Counted from the first letter of the stretch, positions 16,180 to 24,918 are shown. The stretch: DNA of 34,237 nucleotides from Sandaracinaceae bacterium (GCA_025056955.1 JANWYL010000002.1:291-34527), one strand, 5' to 3'. Made by a program: numbers and translations. The notes: a model not told the origin generated them from the sequence alone.

Positions 16180-18666
16180 GTGGGCACGCTGAAGCAGGGC
16201 TTTGCGCTTTTTTGGTCCATAGGCTTCGTGGTTTTCCATCTTTCTGGTTGTTCTGGCCCAGAGCGGCCTCGGCTTGGTGGGCTTGAGCGAGGGATGGGGC
16301 GGGTTGGGCAAACCCTTCGCGTCAGCATCCCTGTCATCAACCCAAGCGGTTTGCCCCTCCGCTATCGGGCCAAAGCCAGCCGCGCCCTTCCTGCCTTTGA
16401 AAGCACAACCTCCATCTCAGGCTCTCCCGGTGGAGGGGAGTTTCGGTGGACACCCCTTGTGAGCCATGTGGGGCTTCACGACATCGAAATCGCAATCCAA
16501 TCCCCCGAAGGCGAGGTGTACGACCGCCGCCTTCTTGTGGTTGAAATTCTGCCCTCACTTGAGTCGGCGCCGGTTTTCGTTGAGCCTGGAGCGGGCGGCA
16601 CCTACGACCTTTCACGTGATCCTTGCGTTCGCTTTGGCATCGAGGTTCGCGACGAAGACAGCCCCATGGTGATGATCCGAAGCCGCGGGGAGCTTCCCCG
16701 GGGCGCAAGCCTTGAAATGAGAGGACCAAAAAGCGCAGCCTTCGAGTGGTGCCCAACAAGCGATCAGATCGCCGCATCCGAGCGCTGGACGATTGGGCTT
16801 GAGGCCGACGACGGCGACCATGAGCCCGTGCCACACGATTATGTCGTGATCCTGCGCAGCGAAGGCGGCGCCAACTGCCCTGGCGAGGCGCCAAGCATTC
16901 GGGTGCTTGCCCCTGAAGGGGGTGCGAGGGTTCAAGGCAATCCCGGCTACCAGGTCAGTGTCGAAGTGAATGACGACCGCGGTTTGAGAGAACCCCCAAT
17001 CCTCTATTGGACAACTGAGATGCCAAGCGATCCTTCGCGCCCTGATATCACGGGATTTCAGCAAGAGCTCTTTGAGCGAGAAGCAGGCAACCGCTATCTT
17101 GCCACGATTCCCCCCTTGGGCCTGGGAGAAGGCGAGTCGCGAGAGGTCTTTTTCATCGTGAGCGCAACCGATAACGATGACCCCGAGGGCACGGCCTGTG
17201 ATCATCGAACAGAAACGCCCCTTTCGTCTTTTTATGCCCTGGGCGGGAGGGCAAGCATGCTTGCCACTTGTTCCAGGTGCCGGGCCTCTTCGGAGTGCGC
17301 TTCAGGCATTTGCGTTCCACTGAGCGGAGGCGCACGTTGTCTTGAGGGCTGTTCAGGAGGGAGTTGTTCGGGCTCATCCCGCTGTGCCACAGTGACAACC
17401 AGCGAAGGGGCAAGGGTTCAGGCCTGTGCCGGGCCAAGCGGTAACCCCAACGAAGCCTGCGCACAGGCCTGCATGAACGACCGGTATGAGCCAAACGACT
17501 CAATGGCCCAAGCCACTCCCCTCCGCAGCCCAATCATGGGCCAGATTTGCCGAGATGATCGCGATCTTTTTCGGATCGATGGCGCAAGCGAAGGCTCAGA
17601 AGTCGAAGTGCTTCTCGACAGCTTCCGCTCAAGTGAAGGCGATTTGGACATGCGCCTTCTCGATGCGATGGGCCGGATTGTTGGCACAAGCGCTGGCATT
17701 ACCGACATGGAGCGCATCGTCCATTGCGCCCGTTCAAGTGGGCCACTCTACGCCGAGGTTTATGGCTTCCTCGGCGCGCAAAACCCCTACCGAATCCAGG
17801 CGACCTTGCGATCCGCAAGCTGCTGTGTCGACGATGCGAGCGAGCCAGACAATGCCCTGGGCACAGCCCGGCTCGTGAGCGGGAGCGATTTCGAGGGGAA
17901 GCTCTGTGCCGGTGACAGCGACCACCGCGCTTTCGACGTGAGCATGCCAAGCCGCGCCGAAATCACCCTTGTGGCCGACGACCTCAGCCGCCTGGAGTTC
18001 GATCTCTTTGACGCAGCTGGAGCGCGCCTTTCTGGCTCAACCCTTTCTGGAGGCATCCGCCGCATTGAGCGAACCTTGTCTCCCGGCCGCTACGTTCTCC
18101 GAATCGCCGGAATGCCACCCCCGCGCGGCATCGCCTATCTCGGTGAGATCAGGCTCACCCCCTCAGGAATGGCCTGTACCTCAACACGTGAGTGCCCACT
18201 GGGCTCAGTGTGTCAATCTGGCACTTGTGTGTCAGACGATTGCACACCGCCTGGCACATGCCCTGCGATGCACATCTGTCCACCACCTGGGCCGGATGGG
18301 GGAAGGAGCGACTGCCTGGCTTCGTGCGTCGTAAACGCCGACTGTCGCTCGGGCGAAGCCTGTAAGTGGTTTGCGGAAGGGCGAGGCTGTGGGCGAAGTG
18401 GGAGTTCTGGGGTAGGAGGGCCATGCACGGCCTTTTGGGATTGCGCGGCCCAAAGGAGCTGCGTGCCTTGGCCTGGAGGCTACTGTGCGCGCCAGGGCTG
18501 CACGCGGAGCAGCGACTGCGAAAGCGGCACGCATTGCATCGAAGAAGGCGGCCGGCGCGTCTGTGCCCTCGATTGCTCAAGCGATCCATCGCGCTGTCGC
18601 TCGGGCTATACTTGCAGAAGCCGCACTGAGATTGGAGGAATGGCGCGGTGGGTGTGCGTTCCATAG
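16180..18666 (+). CDS. Large Cys-rich secreted lipoprotein with Ig-like modules, two PPC (pre-peptidase C-terminal)-like domains and C-terminal Cys-rich repeats
   Basis: GTG start with the lipobox FVVFHLSGC. PPC-like signatures are YEPNDSMAQATPL...DRDLFRI and SEPDNALGTARLV...DSDHRAFDV. Many Cys-spaced repeats follow (CxxGxC, CxSGxC) of the kind seen in myxobacterial secreted proteins. Confidence 0.7.
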   Translation: MGTLKQGFALFWSIGFVVFHLSGCSGPERPRLGGLERGMGRVGQTLRVSIPVINPSGLPLRYRAKASRALPAFESTTSISGSPGGGEFRWTPLVSHVGLHDIEIAIQSPEGEVYDRRLLVVEILPSLESAPVFVEPGAGGTYDLSRDPCVRFGIEVRDEDSPMVMIRSRGELPRGASLEMRGPKSAAFEWCPTSDQIAASERWTIGLEADDGDHEPVPHDYVVILRSEGGANCPGEAPSIRVLAPEGGARVQGNPGYQVSVEVNDDRGLREPPILYWTTEMPSDPSRPDITGFQQELFEREAGNRYLATIPPLGLGEGESREVFFIVSATDNDDPEGTACDHRTETPLSSFYALGGRASMLATCSRCRASSECASGICVPLSGGARCLEGCSGGSCSGSSRCATVTTSEGARVQACAGPSGNPNEACAQACMNDRYEPNDSMAQATPLRSPIMGQICRDDRDLFRIDGASEGSEVEVLLDSFRSSEGDLDMRLLDAMGRIVGTSAGITDMERIVHCARSSGPLYAEVYGFLGAQNPYRIQATLRSASCCVDDASEPDNALGTARLVSGSDFEGKLCAGDSDHRAFDVSMPSRAEITLVADDLSRLEFDLFDAAGARLSGSTLSGGIRRIERTLSPGRYVLRIAGMPPPRGIAYLGEIRLTPSGMACTSTRECPLGSVCQSGTCVSDDCTPPGTCPAMHICPPPGPDGGRSDCLASCVVNADCRSGEACKWFAEGRGCGRSGSSGVGGPCTAFWDCAAQRSCVPWPGGYCARQGCTRSSDCESGTHCIEEGGRRVCALDCSSDPSRCRSGYTCRSRTEIGGMARWVCVP

Positions 18667-20525
18667 GGCTTTGGCTCCGTGTGGTCTTGGCCCTCTCCAC
18701 CTTTTGGACCAAAGGATGCGTGGGCCTCCTTTTTGGGGGGGCTCCCTCTGAAGAAGCGCTCATTCTTTTGCGCATTGAATACCCACGGCCAGCCCTTCCG
18801 GGCACCCTCCTCCGGGTTGAGGGCGTGGACCTCGAGCAGCTTGGCCCCGAGCCTGTGCTTCTTCTAGGGCAAGGCGGAAGCGAAATCGCAAGGCTCGAAA
18901 GGAGAAGCGGCTCGAGGCGAGGAGAATACCTGTTCCGACTCGATCTCGAAAGCGCCGAGCGCTTGGGAGAGGGCCTGCACGTGCTCGAAGCGATTCTTGA
19001 AGGGCAAGGGAAGCAGAGTGAAGCCTTTGTCTTCGAGCTCGAAATCGCATCCACCCTCCCCCTCGAATGGATGCCGCGTTTTCCAGAGCGTGCCCACCGC
19101 AATGACATCCTCGTGATCTCCGGACAGGGCTTCATTTCCCCAAGCGAAGGCGAGCTCAATCTTCGCGTCGAAGGCGATTTCACCTCTGATCGGGGGATAA
19201 GGCAGCGCGTCGAAGCGGCCTTGCCCTTGTATCCTCTTGAATTTTCAAGCCGCGAGCGGGCAGTGGTTGTGCTCTCGACCCGCCTTGGAGGTGTTCGGCC
19301 AGGAAATCTGGTCGGTGAAGCCTGGATCGAGCGCCGGCTCAATGGTGGCCAAAGCGCAAGCACATGGCGAAGCGCCATTGCCATCCAATTCGGCCCACCG
19401 GTGCTTTACTCCATTGATGGGACAATGGCCTCGATTGGAAGGCGGGTGCTGGTGCGAGGGGCAGGCTTTGTTGGCGGGCAAGGAGGCACTGATGAAGCCA
19501 CTGTCCTTCGGATTCAGGGAGAATTCCGAGAAAAAGCAGGCGTGGTGCCGAGGCGCATCGAAGCCGAGATCATTCCCCGTGTGCGGAGCGGAAAGGAGCT
19601 TGAGCTTGTCATCGACACAGCGGTTCGGGATGGCAAGGTGGTCTCAAAGCTTTTCGATGCGCAGCGCGGTGTTTTTGAAGGCCGTGCCACCCCAATCGTG
19701 ATCGCCAATCGCGAAGAGGTGCGGGGCGAAAGCGTGCCCTTTCGCCTGACGCTTGGCCCTCCTGTCCAAGTGGTTTGGCTTCGCTTTCTTCCTAGCTACT
19801 ACCAAGCCCTTTCGCGCTTTGGCCTTGCGCTTGCCGAAGAGGAAATCGCCCAAGGCATCGTCCAGCGCATCGAGGAAATCTACGAAGGCTACAACGTCGA
19901 TATTCGCCTCGAAGAGCCTGAAGACTTTGACCGCAGCGTGGTCACAGTGGTCGAAATCGGCGGCCCAGACCCAAATGGCCGTGGCCTTTTTGGCTACGAT
20001 AACTCCCCTGGGAAAGATGTGGGAAACCTGAGAATGTACGACACAATTGGCGGTGCCAACGCCGAAACCCAAGCAGATGGTTATCCGGGCTATGGAGGCG
20101 TGTTCATTGAGTCTTTCCTTTGGTGGTCGAGTCATCCAGAACTTCCAGGAGAGCGACCGAGAAGCTCTCCCGATGTCGATCCCCTCTTTGATGAGATCTT
20201 TGATCCTGTGCGGCGTTTGCCTGCGCGGCGCGCCGAAATCCAAGGCCAAGGTCCTCCGGACCGCGTCGAAGCCGTAAGGCGCGCAATCCGCGCCCTCGCC
20301 AACATCATTGGCGAAACCACAGCCCATGAGCTTGGCCACTCTTTTGGGCTTGCTCAGCCATATGGTCCCCCAACGAGTTTTCACCGTGAAAACGACGGCG
20401 AGGGCTGCCTCATGGATAGCGGTATCGATCGCCCCTTCGCCGAACGCGCAGCCCTTCCCGGTGCACCCCGCACCCGCTTCTGTGACGAGGAACCTGCCTA
20501 CCTGCGTTCCATCCTTGGGCCCTAG
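18648..20525 (+). CDS. Secreted lipoprotein with three IPT/TIG-like repeats and a C-terminal HExxH zinc-metalloprotease-like module
   Basis: The GTG at 18648 sits 8 nt after GGAGGA (18634-18639) and overlaps the end of the upstream gene by 19 nt. The lipobox is LSTFWTKGC. Repeated G-x-L-x-V-x-G-x-GF-like blocks occur (TLLRVEGVDL, ILVISGQGF, RVLVRGAGFVGG). The C-terminal part reads TAHELGHSFGLAQ...CLMDSG. Confidence 0.7.
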   Translation: MGVRSIGLWLRVVLALSTFWTKGCVGLLFGGAPSEEALILLRIEYPRPALPGTLLRVEGVDLEQLGPEPVLLLGQGGSEIARLERRSGSRRGEYLFRLDLESAERLGEGLHVLEAILEGQGKQSEAFVFELEIASTLPLEWMPRFPERAHRNDILVISGQGFISPSEGELNLRVEGDFTSDRGIRQRVEAALPLYPLEFSSRERAVVVLSTRLGGVRPGNLVGEAWIERRLNGGQSASTWRSAIAIQFGPPVLYSIDGTMASIGRRVLVRGAGFVGGQGGTDEATVLRIQGEFREKAGVVPRRIEAEIIPRVRSGKELELVIDTAVRDGKVVSKLFDAQRGVFEGRATPIVIANREEVRGESVPFRLTLGPPVQVVWLRFLPSYYQALSRFGLALAEEEIAQGIVQRIEEIYEGYNVDIRLEEPEDFDRSVVTVVEIGGPDPNGRGLFGYDNSPGKDVGNLRMYDTIGGANAETQADGYPGYGGVFIESFLWWSSHPELPGERPRSSPDVDPLFDEIFDPVRRLPARRAEIQGQGPPDRVEAVRRAIRALANIIGETTAHELGHSFGLAQPYGPPTSFHRENDGEGCLMDSGIDRPFAERAALPGAPRTRFCDEEPAYLRSILGP

Positions 20526-20556
20526 CCTTTCTGCATTCAATCGCTGCTTCCTGGGC

Positions 20557-20586
20557 TTTGGCTTGACTCATGTTTTTGGCTTGACT
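20557..20586. repeat. Perfect 12-bp direct repeat TTTGGCTTGACT x2 (18-bp period) in an intergenic region
   Basis: Copies are at 20557-20568 and 20575-20586, in the 90-bp gap between the metalloprotease gene and the next ORF. Each copy contains a TTGACT -35-like hexamer. Confidence 0.7.
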
Positions 20587-20615
20587 GAAAGGCCCCTAGG
20601 CTGGATTGAAAGAGC

Positions 20616-21185
20616 GTGCCCACACCAAGCCCAAGTGAGCCATTGCCCATTGACGAGCGCTTTTTGAGAACACTTGAAGAGAATTTTCCAGGCCTTCGCA
20701 TGATCGCCAAGGAGGAGTCAGCGCTTCAGCGCTGGATTGGGCGCCTCCTTTGGGTGATCACCTTGGGCGGCCAAAACGCCTACCTTGAGGATTACACCAC
20801 GGTGTTTGGGAAAACGATCTACACACCGCGTTCCTGGTCCAAACGAAGCCCCGAAGAGCGCTACTTCACCCTGCGCCACGAGGCCGTTCACCTTGAGCAA
20901 TTCAAGCGCCTGGGAAAGTTCAAGATGGCCTTTCTCTATGGGATATGGATTTTGCCCATGGGCTTGGCCTGGGGAAGGGCCCGCCTTGAGTGGGAGGCCT
21001 ACGCCGAAACCTTGCGCGCGGTCGCTGAAATCAAGGGATTGGAAGCAGCCGCATCGCTCCGCGAGCACATCGTCAAGCAATTCGTGGGACCAGCCTACGG
21101 CTGGATGTGGCCTTTCCGGCGAGCGGTCGAAAAGTGGTTTGACGAAGAACTGGAAAGAATTCGCAAAACCACCAAAGCAAGTTGA
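20616..21185 (+). CDS. Hypothetical protein with a HExxH motif (HEAVH) and a downstream EWEAY
   Basis: 189-aa ORF with a GTG start; an alternative ATG is at 20700. The composition looks coding, and there is a hydrophobic segment (MAFLYGIWILPMGLAW). I recognise no family. Confidence 0.55.
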   Translation: MPTPSPSEPLPIDERFLRTLEENFPGLRMIAKEESALQRWIGRLLWVITLGGQNAYLEDYTTVFGKTIYTPRSWSKRSPEERYFTLRHEAVHLEQFKRLGKFKMAFLYGIWILPMGLAWGRARLEWEAYAETLRAVAEIKGLEAAASLREHIVKQFVGPAYGWMWPFRRAVEKWFDEELERIRKTTKAS

Positions 21186-21198
21186 TGGTGCCTGCACC

Positions 21199-22314
21199 AT
21201 GGAGTCATCGATTCCCCTTTCGGTGTGCATCGAAGAGGCCAAATCAAAAGGCCTTCGCTGGCCAAGCGAAAGCATCGCCTTTTTGATTCTGGAATGCATC
21301 GAATCGATGGGAGATTCACCAAAGGGCATCGATGCAAACGATTTGCGCATCGCTTTCGATGGAAGGGTGCTCTTTTCTGCTGGAAAAAACACCTCGGCAG
21401 AAGAAGCAAGCCGCCTGGCACTTGAGCTCATGAAACACCTGCTCGCACAACTGGGTGAAGGGCCAGTCCCAAAGGATTTTGAAAGGGTGCTCCAGGGTGA
21501 ATTCAAAGGTGAAGAAGCGCTCGAACAACTCAAAACCGCAATCGAAAGCGTGCTTTTCCCATTAAACCGCGATGCAGCAAGACGCACCATCGCACGTTTG
21601 GCCTGGGGAACATCGACAGCACAGGCCAAGGCGCCAACTTTGAAGGATTTCGGGAATGCTCAAGAAATCCCAACTCGCTCTCTTTGGAAGTGGGTGTTGG
21701 TTGCGCTTTTAATGCTTCTTGCAACCGCTTTCGGTTATTGGTTGGCACAATCGCATAAAGGTGCAGGCACATCACCGGATGAGGGCCGTGTATCGATCGA
21801 CTCCATGCCTCCTGGCGCAGAGGTGTTTTTGGCACTGGGTGCTTCACCGATTCTGGTCCAAGGCCTAAGCACAGAAAGCGAGGAAGAGCTTCTCGTTTGG
21901 ATGGATGGTTTTTTTCCAGAGCGGGTCACCATACCAAAAGAGGCCCATCAGGATGCAGAAGTCCTTGAGCTTACGGTCGAGCTGCGCCCCATCGTAGAGG
22001 GGCATGCTTTCACCTTTCCATCCCCTCGCACTGATTTGAAGGTGAACTCAATTCAACTTGGTGATGGAAAGGTGCGCCTTTTGAGTGATCCACCAGGCGC
22101 AAAGGTGTTTAGGAGGCTTGGGAAAACCCCCATCAAGGTGCACGGCATTAACCTCAAAAAAGCACTCGCTTTTCTTTTTGTCCAAAAGGGATATCACCCA
22201 GAGGAGCGCGTCCTTTCCCCAAGCGATTGGCATCTTCTCGAAGCAAGGTTGGAAGTGGCTCTCAAGCCCATGAAGGACCACCATCCAAGCGAGCAACCAA
22301 TCCCATCGCCTTGA
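21199..22314 (+). CDS. Membrane protein with a cytoplasmic N-terminal domain, one TM segment and two PEGA domains
   Basis: The preferred start is the ATG at 21199 (MESSIPL...). The 139 codons upstream in the 509-aa track ORF overlap the previous gene out of frame and have non-coding-like composition. The TM segment is LWKWVLVALLMLLATAFGYWLA. PEGA-like blocks are SIDSMPPGAEVFLALG and LLSDPPGAKVFRRLGKTPIKVHG. Confidence 0.7.
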   Translation: MESSIPLSVCIEEAKSKGLRWPSESIAFLILECIESMGDSPKGIDANDLRIAFDGRVLFSAGKNTSAEEASRLALELMKHLLAQLGEGPVPKDFERVLQGEFKGEEALEQLKTAIESVLFPLNRDAARRTIARLAWGTSTAQAKAPTLKDFGNAQEIPTRSLWKWVLVALLMLLATAFGYWLAQSHKGAGTSPDEGRVSIDSMPPGAEVFLALGASPILVQGLSTESEEELLVWMDGFFPERVTIPKEAHQDAEVLELTVELRPIVEGHAFTFPSPRTDLKVNSIQLGDGKVRLLSDPPGAKVFRRLGKTPIKVHGINLKKALAFLFVQKGYHPEERVLSPSDWHLLEARLEVALKPMKDHHPSEQPIPSP

Positions 22315-22315
22315 C

Positions 22316-23611
22316 TCAAAGGGCCAATTGGAACTGCATGCGCCCCCTCAAGCCCTCTTCGATCCCACTCTCACGGCGCCAAAAAAGGAATGCCAAGTCC
22401 AACCCTAGCCGACACACACCTGGCCAGAGATCCCAAACGAAAGCCCCAAGGATCTCGCCCTCCTCGAGGAGGCGACCTGCATTCTGGTAGCGCTCGGCCA
22501 CAGAGGGATTGTCCGCATGCGCAGCGATCTGCTCTTCGGCCCTTTTTTTGGCCTCTTCGGCAAATCCCACATCAACCCAAACCCAGCTCACCCTCAGAGC
22601 CAGGCCGAGTTCGGCTTCAAAGCGATAGGCAAGCTGAGCAAGCAAGCCTTGTGCAGCGAGCCCCCCAAGGTCGAAAGGACCCGAAAGCGCGTGAGGGCTT
22701 GGGGGACGTGCCCGCAACCCCCAAAAGCCAATTCCTAAAAGCGAAAACCCTGCATATTTCATCCACACTTCTGGAGCGATCCTCATCGCAAAGTCTCGCC
22801 ACGGATCGGCCCTCAAATCCCATGCAAAGCTCAAGTGAACAGCAGGCCTGAAACTTTGGCTCCGCTCGCGGTCAAACTCCTCATGCATTGCGGCCCCGGG
22901 CGCGTTCCAGCCGAGCCGCATAACCAGCTCTGGATGAATCCGAGGCGCTTCGTTTCGGCCTGCAAGGGAAGAGTGGCCTGGGACGGGCTCACCTGAGACA
23001 ATCGCCACGCCGTTTCCGTGGGTAGGGCGGGCATTGGTGCCCGTAAAAACCCCCCCTTCCAGGTCCAAACCTTCTGGAGCCCGCTCGCTCCCATTGTGCA
23101 GGGCAAACCCAAGCTGCCTTTCACTCCCAAACCAAAGGAGCACTGGGGCCCATTCAACCGCCGCCTGCCTTGCGAAAGAATTCGTGCGCCAGCGCGTGAA
23201 AGGCACCTTCCATTGGCCAAAGCGCAAATGCCACGTTTCAGCAAGCCGGATATCGACCATGAGGTCGAGAAGCTCAGCACCGCGGTTTGGCCCCAAATCG
23301 AGCTGAAGAAAGGGGCGCACGAGATTGCGAGCGATTTCACCCCGAAAACGAACCCGCATTCGCCGCACCCCAACGCTTGCGCCTTCAGCATCACCGCGGC
23401 TTGTGACTTCTCCACGGAGCTGAGTCACCCACTCGATGCGCAGGCGGTGCTCGGTATCACCAAGCACAAAGCGGGGCGGAGGCCATTTGGCAAGCTCCCG
23501 AATCGAAGGCACCTCATCGCTCAAGGCATCAGGGGCAGATCCTTGGGCCAAGGCCTTTTTTCCTAAAAAAGTGGCCAAAAACACAACCAAAAACAGGATC
23601 TCCCATCTCAT
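22316..23611 (-). CDS. Putative outer-membrane beta-barrel (porin-like) protein
   Basis: The signal peptide MRWEILFLVVFLATFLGKKALAQG begins at the ATG at 23611; the track start at 23653 is TTG. The sequence shows alternating amphipathic patterns and Gly/aromatic-rich stretches. The terminal strand ...RMQFQLAL has alternating hydrophobic residues. The family assignment is uncertain. Confidence 0.55.
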   Translation of the reverse strand: MRWEILFLVVFLATFLGKKALAQGSAPDALSDEVPSIRELAKWPPPRFVLGDTEHRLRIEWVTQLRGEVTSRGDAEGASVGVRRMRVRFRGEIARNLVRPFLQLDLGPNRGAELLDLMVDIRLAETWHLRFGQWKVPFTRWRTNSFARQAAVEWAPVLLWFGSERQLGFALHNGSERAPEGLDLEGGVFTGTNARPTHGNGVAIVSGEPVPGHSSLAGRNEAPRIHPELVMRLGWNAPGAAMHEEFDRERSQSFRPAVHLSFAWDLRADPWRDFAMRIAPEVWMKYAGFSLLGIGFWGLRARPPSPHALSGPFDLGGLAAQGLLAQLAYRFEAELGLALRVSWVWVDVGFAEEAKKRAEEQIAAHADNPSVAERYQNAGRLLEEGEILGAFVWDLWPGVCRLGLDLAFLFWRRESGIEEGLRGRMQFQLAL

Positions 23612-23784
23612 GTCGAGTCCAGGACAAAGAGCACGTCCATCAAAGGAGGTCAAGATCGATTTCGATAACCACCCACATCACCCAACTTCAAAAGCCTAAG
23701 ATCTTAATTCCAACCACATCTTCCATCTCATTTTCGGTTGAATCAGTGGGTGAACACCTTTTGCCGTAAAGCCCAAAAACCCCA

Positions 23785-23813
23785 TTGCCATAAAGAACAT
23801 CTCACCATACACT
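23785..23813 (+). promoter_or_regulatory. Candidate sigma-70-type promoter for the APH-family gene
   Basis: TTGCCA (23785-23790), a 17-nt spacer, then TACACT (23808-23813). The -10 element lies about 35 nt upstream of the ATG at 23848. Confidence 0.3.
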
Positions 23814-23847
23814 GAAGTCGCGTTGATCTTGCTTGCAATGAAGGTGG

Positions 23848-24915
23848 ATGATGGGCTTGCGTGCGGGAGAAAGCACAGATCCTCCCCTTTCAATTCTTCT
23901 TTCTTTTGGGATAGAAGCGACCGCTTCTCAACGGATTGCGCTTGGGCAGGTCCATGCGACCTGGGTGGTCACCGATACCAAAGGAGTAAAGCACGTTGTC
24001 CAACGCGTGCACCCCTCTTTCCCTGAGGGGTGTGAAATGCGCTTGGAGCTGGTCACTGCACACCTCCTCGCCCATGGGTGGCCAGCCCCACGCCTTCTCC
24101 GAAACAAGGATGGTCTCATTTGCAGCAAAGACCCATTGGGGCATCGCTGGCGGGTGATGAGTTACCTTGATGGCGAATCTTTTGCTGAGTTCAAAACAGC
24201 ACACCAAGCCCGCTCAGCCGCAAGTCTTCTTGCGCGCTTTATCGAAACAATCCGCACCCTCAACTTCGAAGCGCTCCCGCCTCCTCCCATTGTCCACAAT
24301 CCCACCTTTCACCTTCAAGCACTCGAGGAAGCGATAAAAGGTGCAACCCAAGTCGATGAAGTTTTTCGTGAGGAGGCCCTGCGCCTTGCCGAATCCCTTA
24401 TCGAGCTCATCCCCATCTTTCACCCACACAACCCATCGGTTCCGTATCGCAACCTTCACGGTGATCCCAAGGCATCGAATCTGATTTTCCGCAACGGTGA
24501 GGCTTGGGCCCTTGTCGATCTCGATGCGGTTGGACCAGGGCTTTTGCACTTGGAAGTGGGAGATGCTTTGCGCAGCCATGCGATTGTGCGCGATAACAAC
24601 CAAGCCGTTTTGGACGAGGAGAGGCTACGCGCTGGCCTATGGGGCTTCATCGAAAGCGCACGAGAGTGGCTGAGCGTCGAAGAAGCGAGGGCCATTCCTT
24701 TGGGGATATATGCCATCGCCCTTGAGCTTTCCGCCAGGTACCTCCGCGACGTTTTCGAGGATCAACACTTCGGATGGGATCCAAAGCGCTTCCCAAGCCG
24801 CCGCGCCCATAACCTCGAACGCGCAAGGCTCTACTTCGGCCTCGCCAAATGGCTCAAAGGGCGCTTGGCAGCCATCGAAAAAACCACCGAAGCTCTCATC
24901 ACAAGGTTTTTGTAG
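23848..24915 (+). CDS. Aminoglycoside-phosphotransferase (APH)/choline-kinase-superfamily small-molecule kinase
   Basis: The Brenner/catalytic motif reads NLHGDPKASNLIF...WALVDLDAVG. The N-terminal nucleotide-lobe pattern reads IALGQVHATWVVTDTKGVKHVVQRV. Confidence 0.8.
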   Translation: MMGLRAGESTDPPLSILLSFGIEATASQRIALGQVHATWVVTDTKGVKHVVQRVHPSFPEGCEMRLELVTAHLLAHGWPAPRLLRNKDGLICSKDPLGHRWRVMSYLDGESFAEFKTAHQARSAASLLARFIETIRTLNFEALPPPPIVHNPTFHLQALEEAIKGATQVDEVFREEALRLAESLIELIPIFHPHNPSVPYRNLHGDPKASNLIFRNGEAWALVDLDAVGPGLLHLEVGDALRSHAIVRDNNQAVLDEERLRAGLWGFIESAREWLSVEEARAIPLGIYAIALELSARYLRDVFEDQHFGWDPKRFPSRRAHNLERARLYFGLAKWLKGRLAAIEKTTEALITRFL

Positions 24916-24918
24916 ATT

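Noticed and set aside
16102-16311. 70-codon N-terminal extension of the acylase ORF.
   Set aside because: It would overlap the divergent gene start (16180) and precede the obvious lipoprotein signal peptide. The ATG at 16101 is preferred.
18155-19384. 409-aa minus-strand ORF spanning the junction of the two large lipoprotein genes.
   Set aside because: It is antisense to two ORFs with recognisable domains (PPC and Cys repeats; IPT-like and HExxH). Its translation is extremely Arg/Ser/Pro-rich with no motif. This is a typical shadow ORF of GC-biased coding DNA.
20785-21198. 139-codon N-terminal extension of the 509-aa track ORF, overlapping the 20616-21185 ORF out of frame.
   Set aside because: The extension has Trp/Cys/Pro/Ser/Arg-rich composition, unlike the rest of the protein. 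A clean ATG at 21199 lies 13 nt after the upstream stop. I considered a programmed frameshift or pseudogene, but no slippery site or domain continuity supports one.
20718-21629. 303-aa minus-strand ORF.
   Set aside because: It is antisense to the HExxH ORF and the PEGA protein gene. The composition is low-complexity and Ser/Ala/Pro-rich, with no start context.
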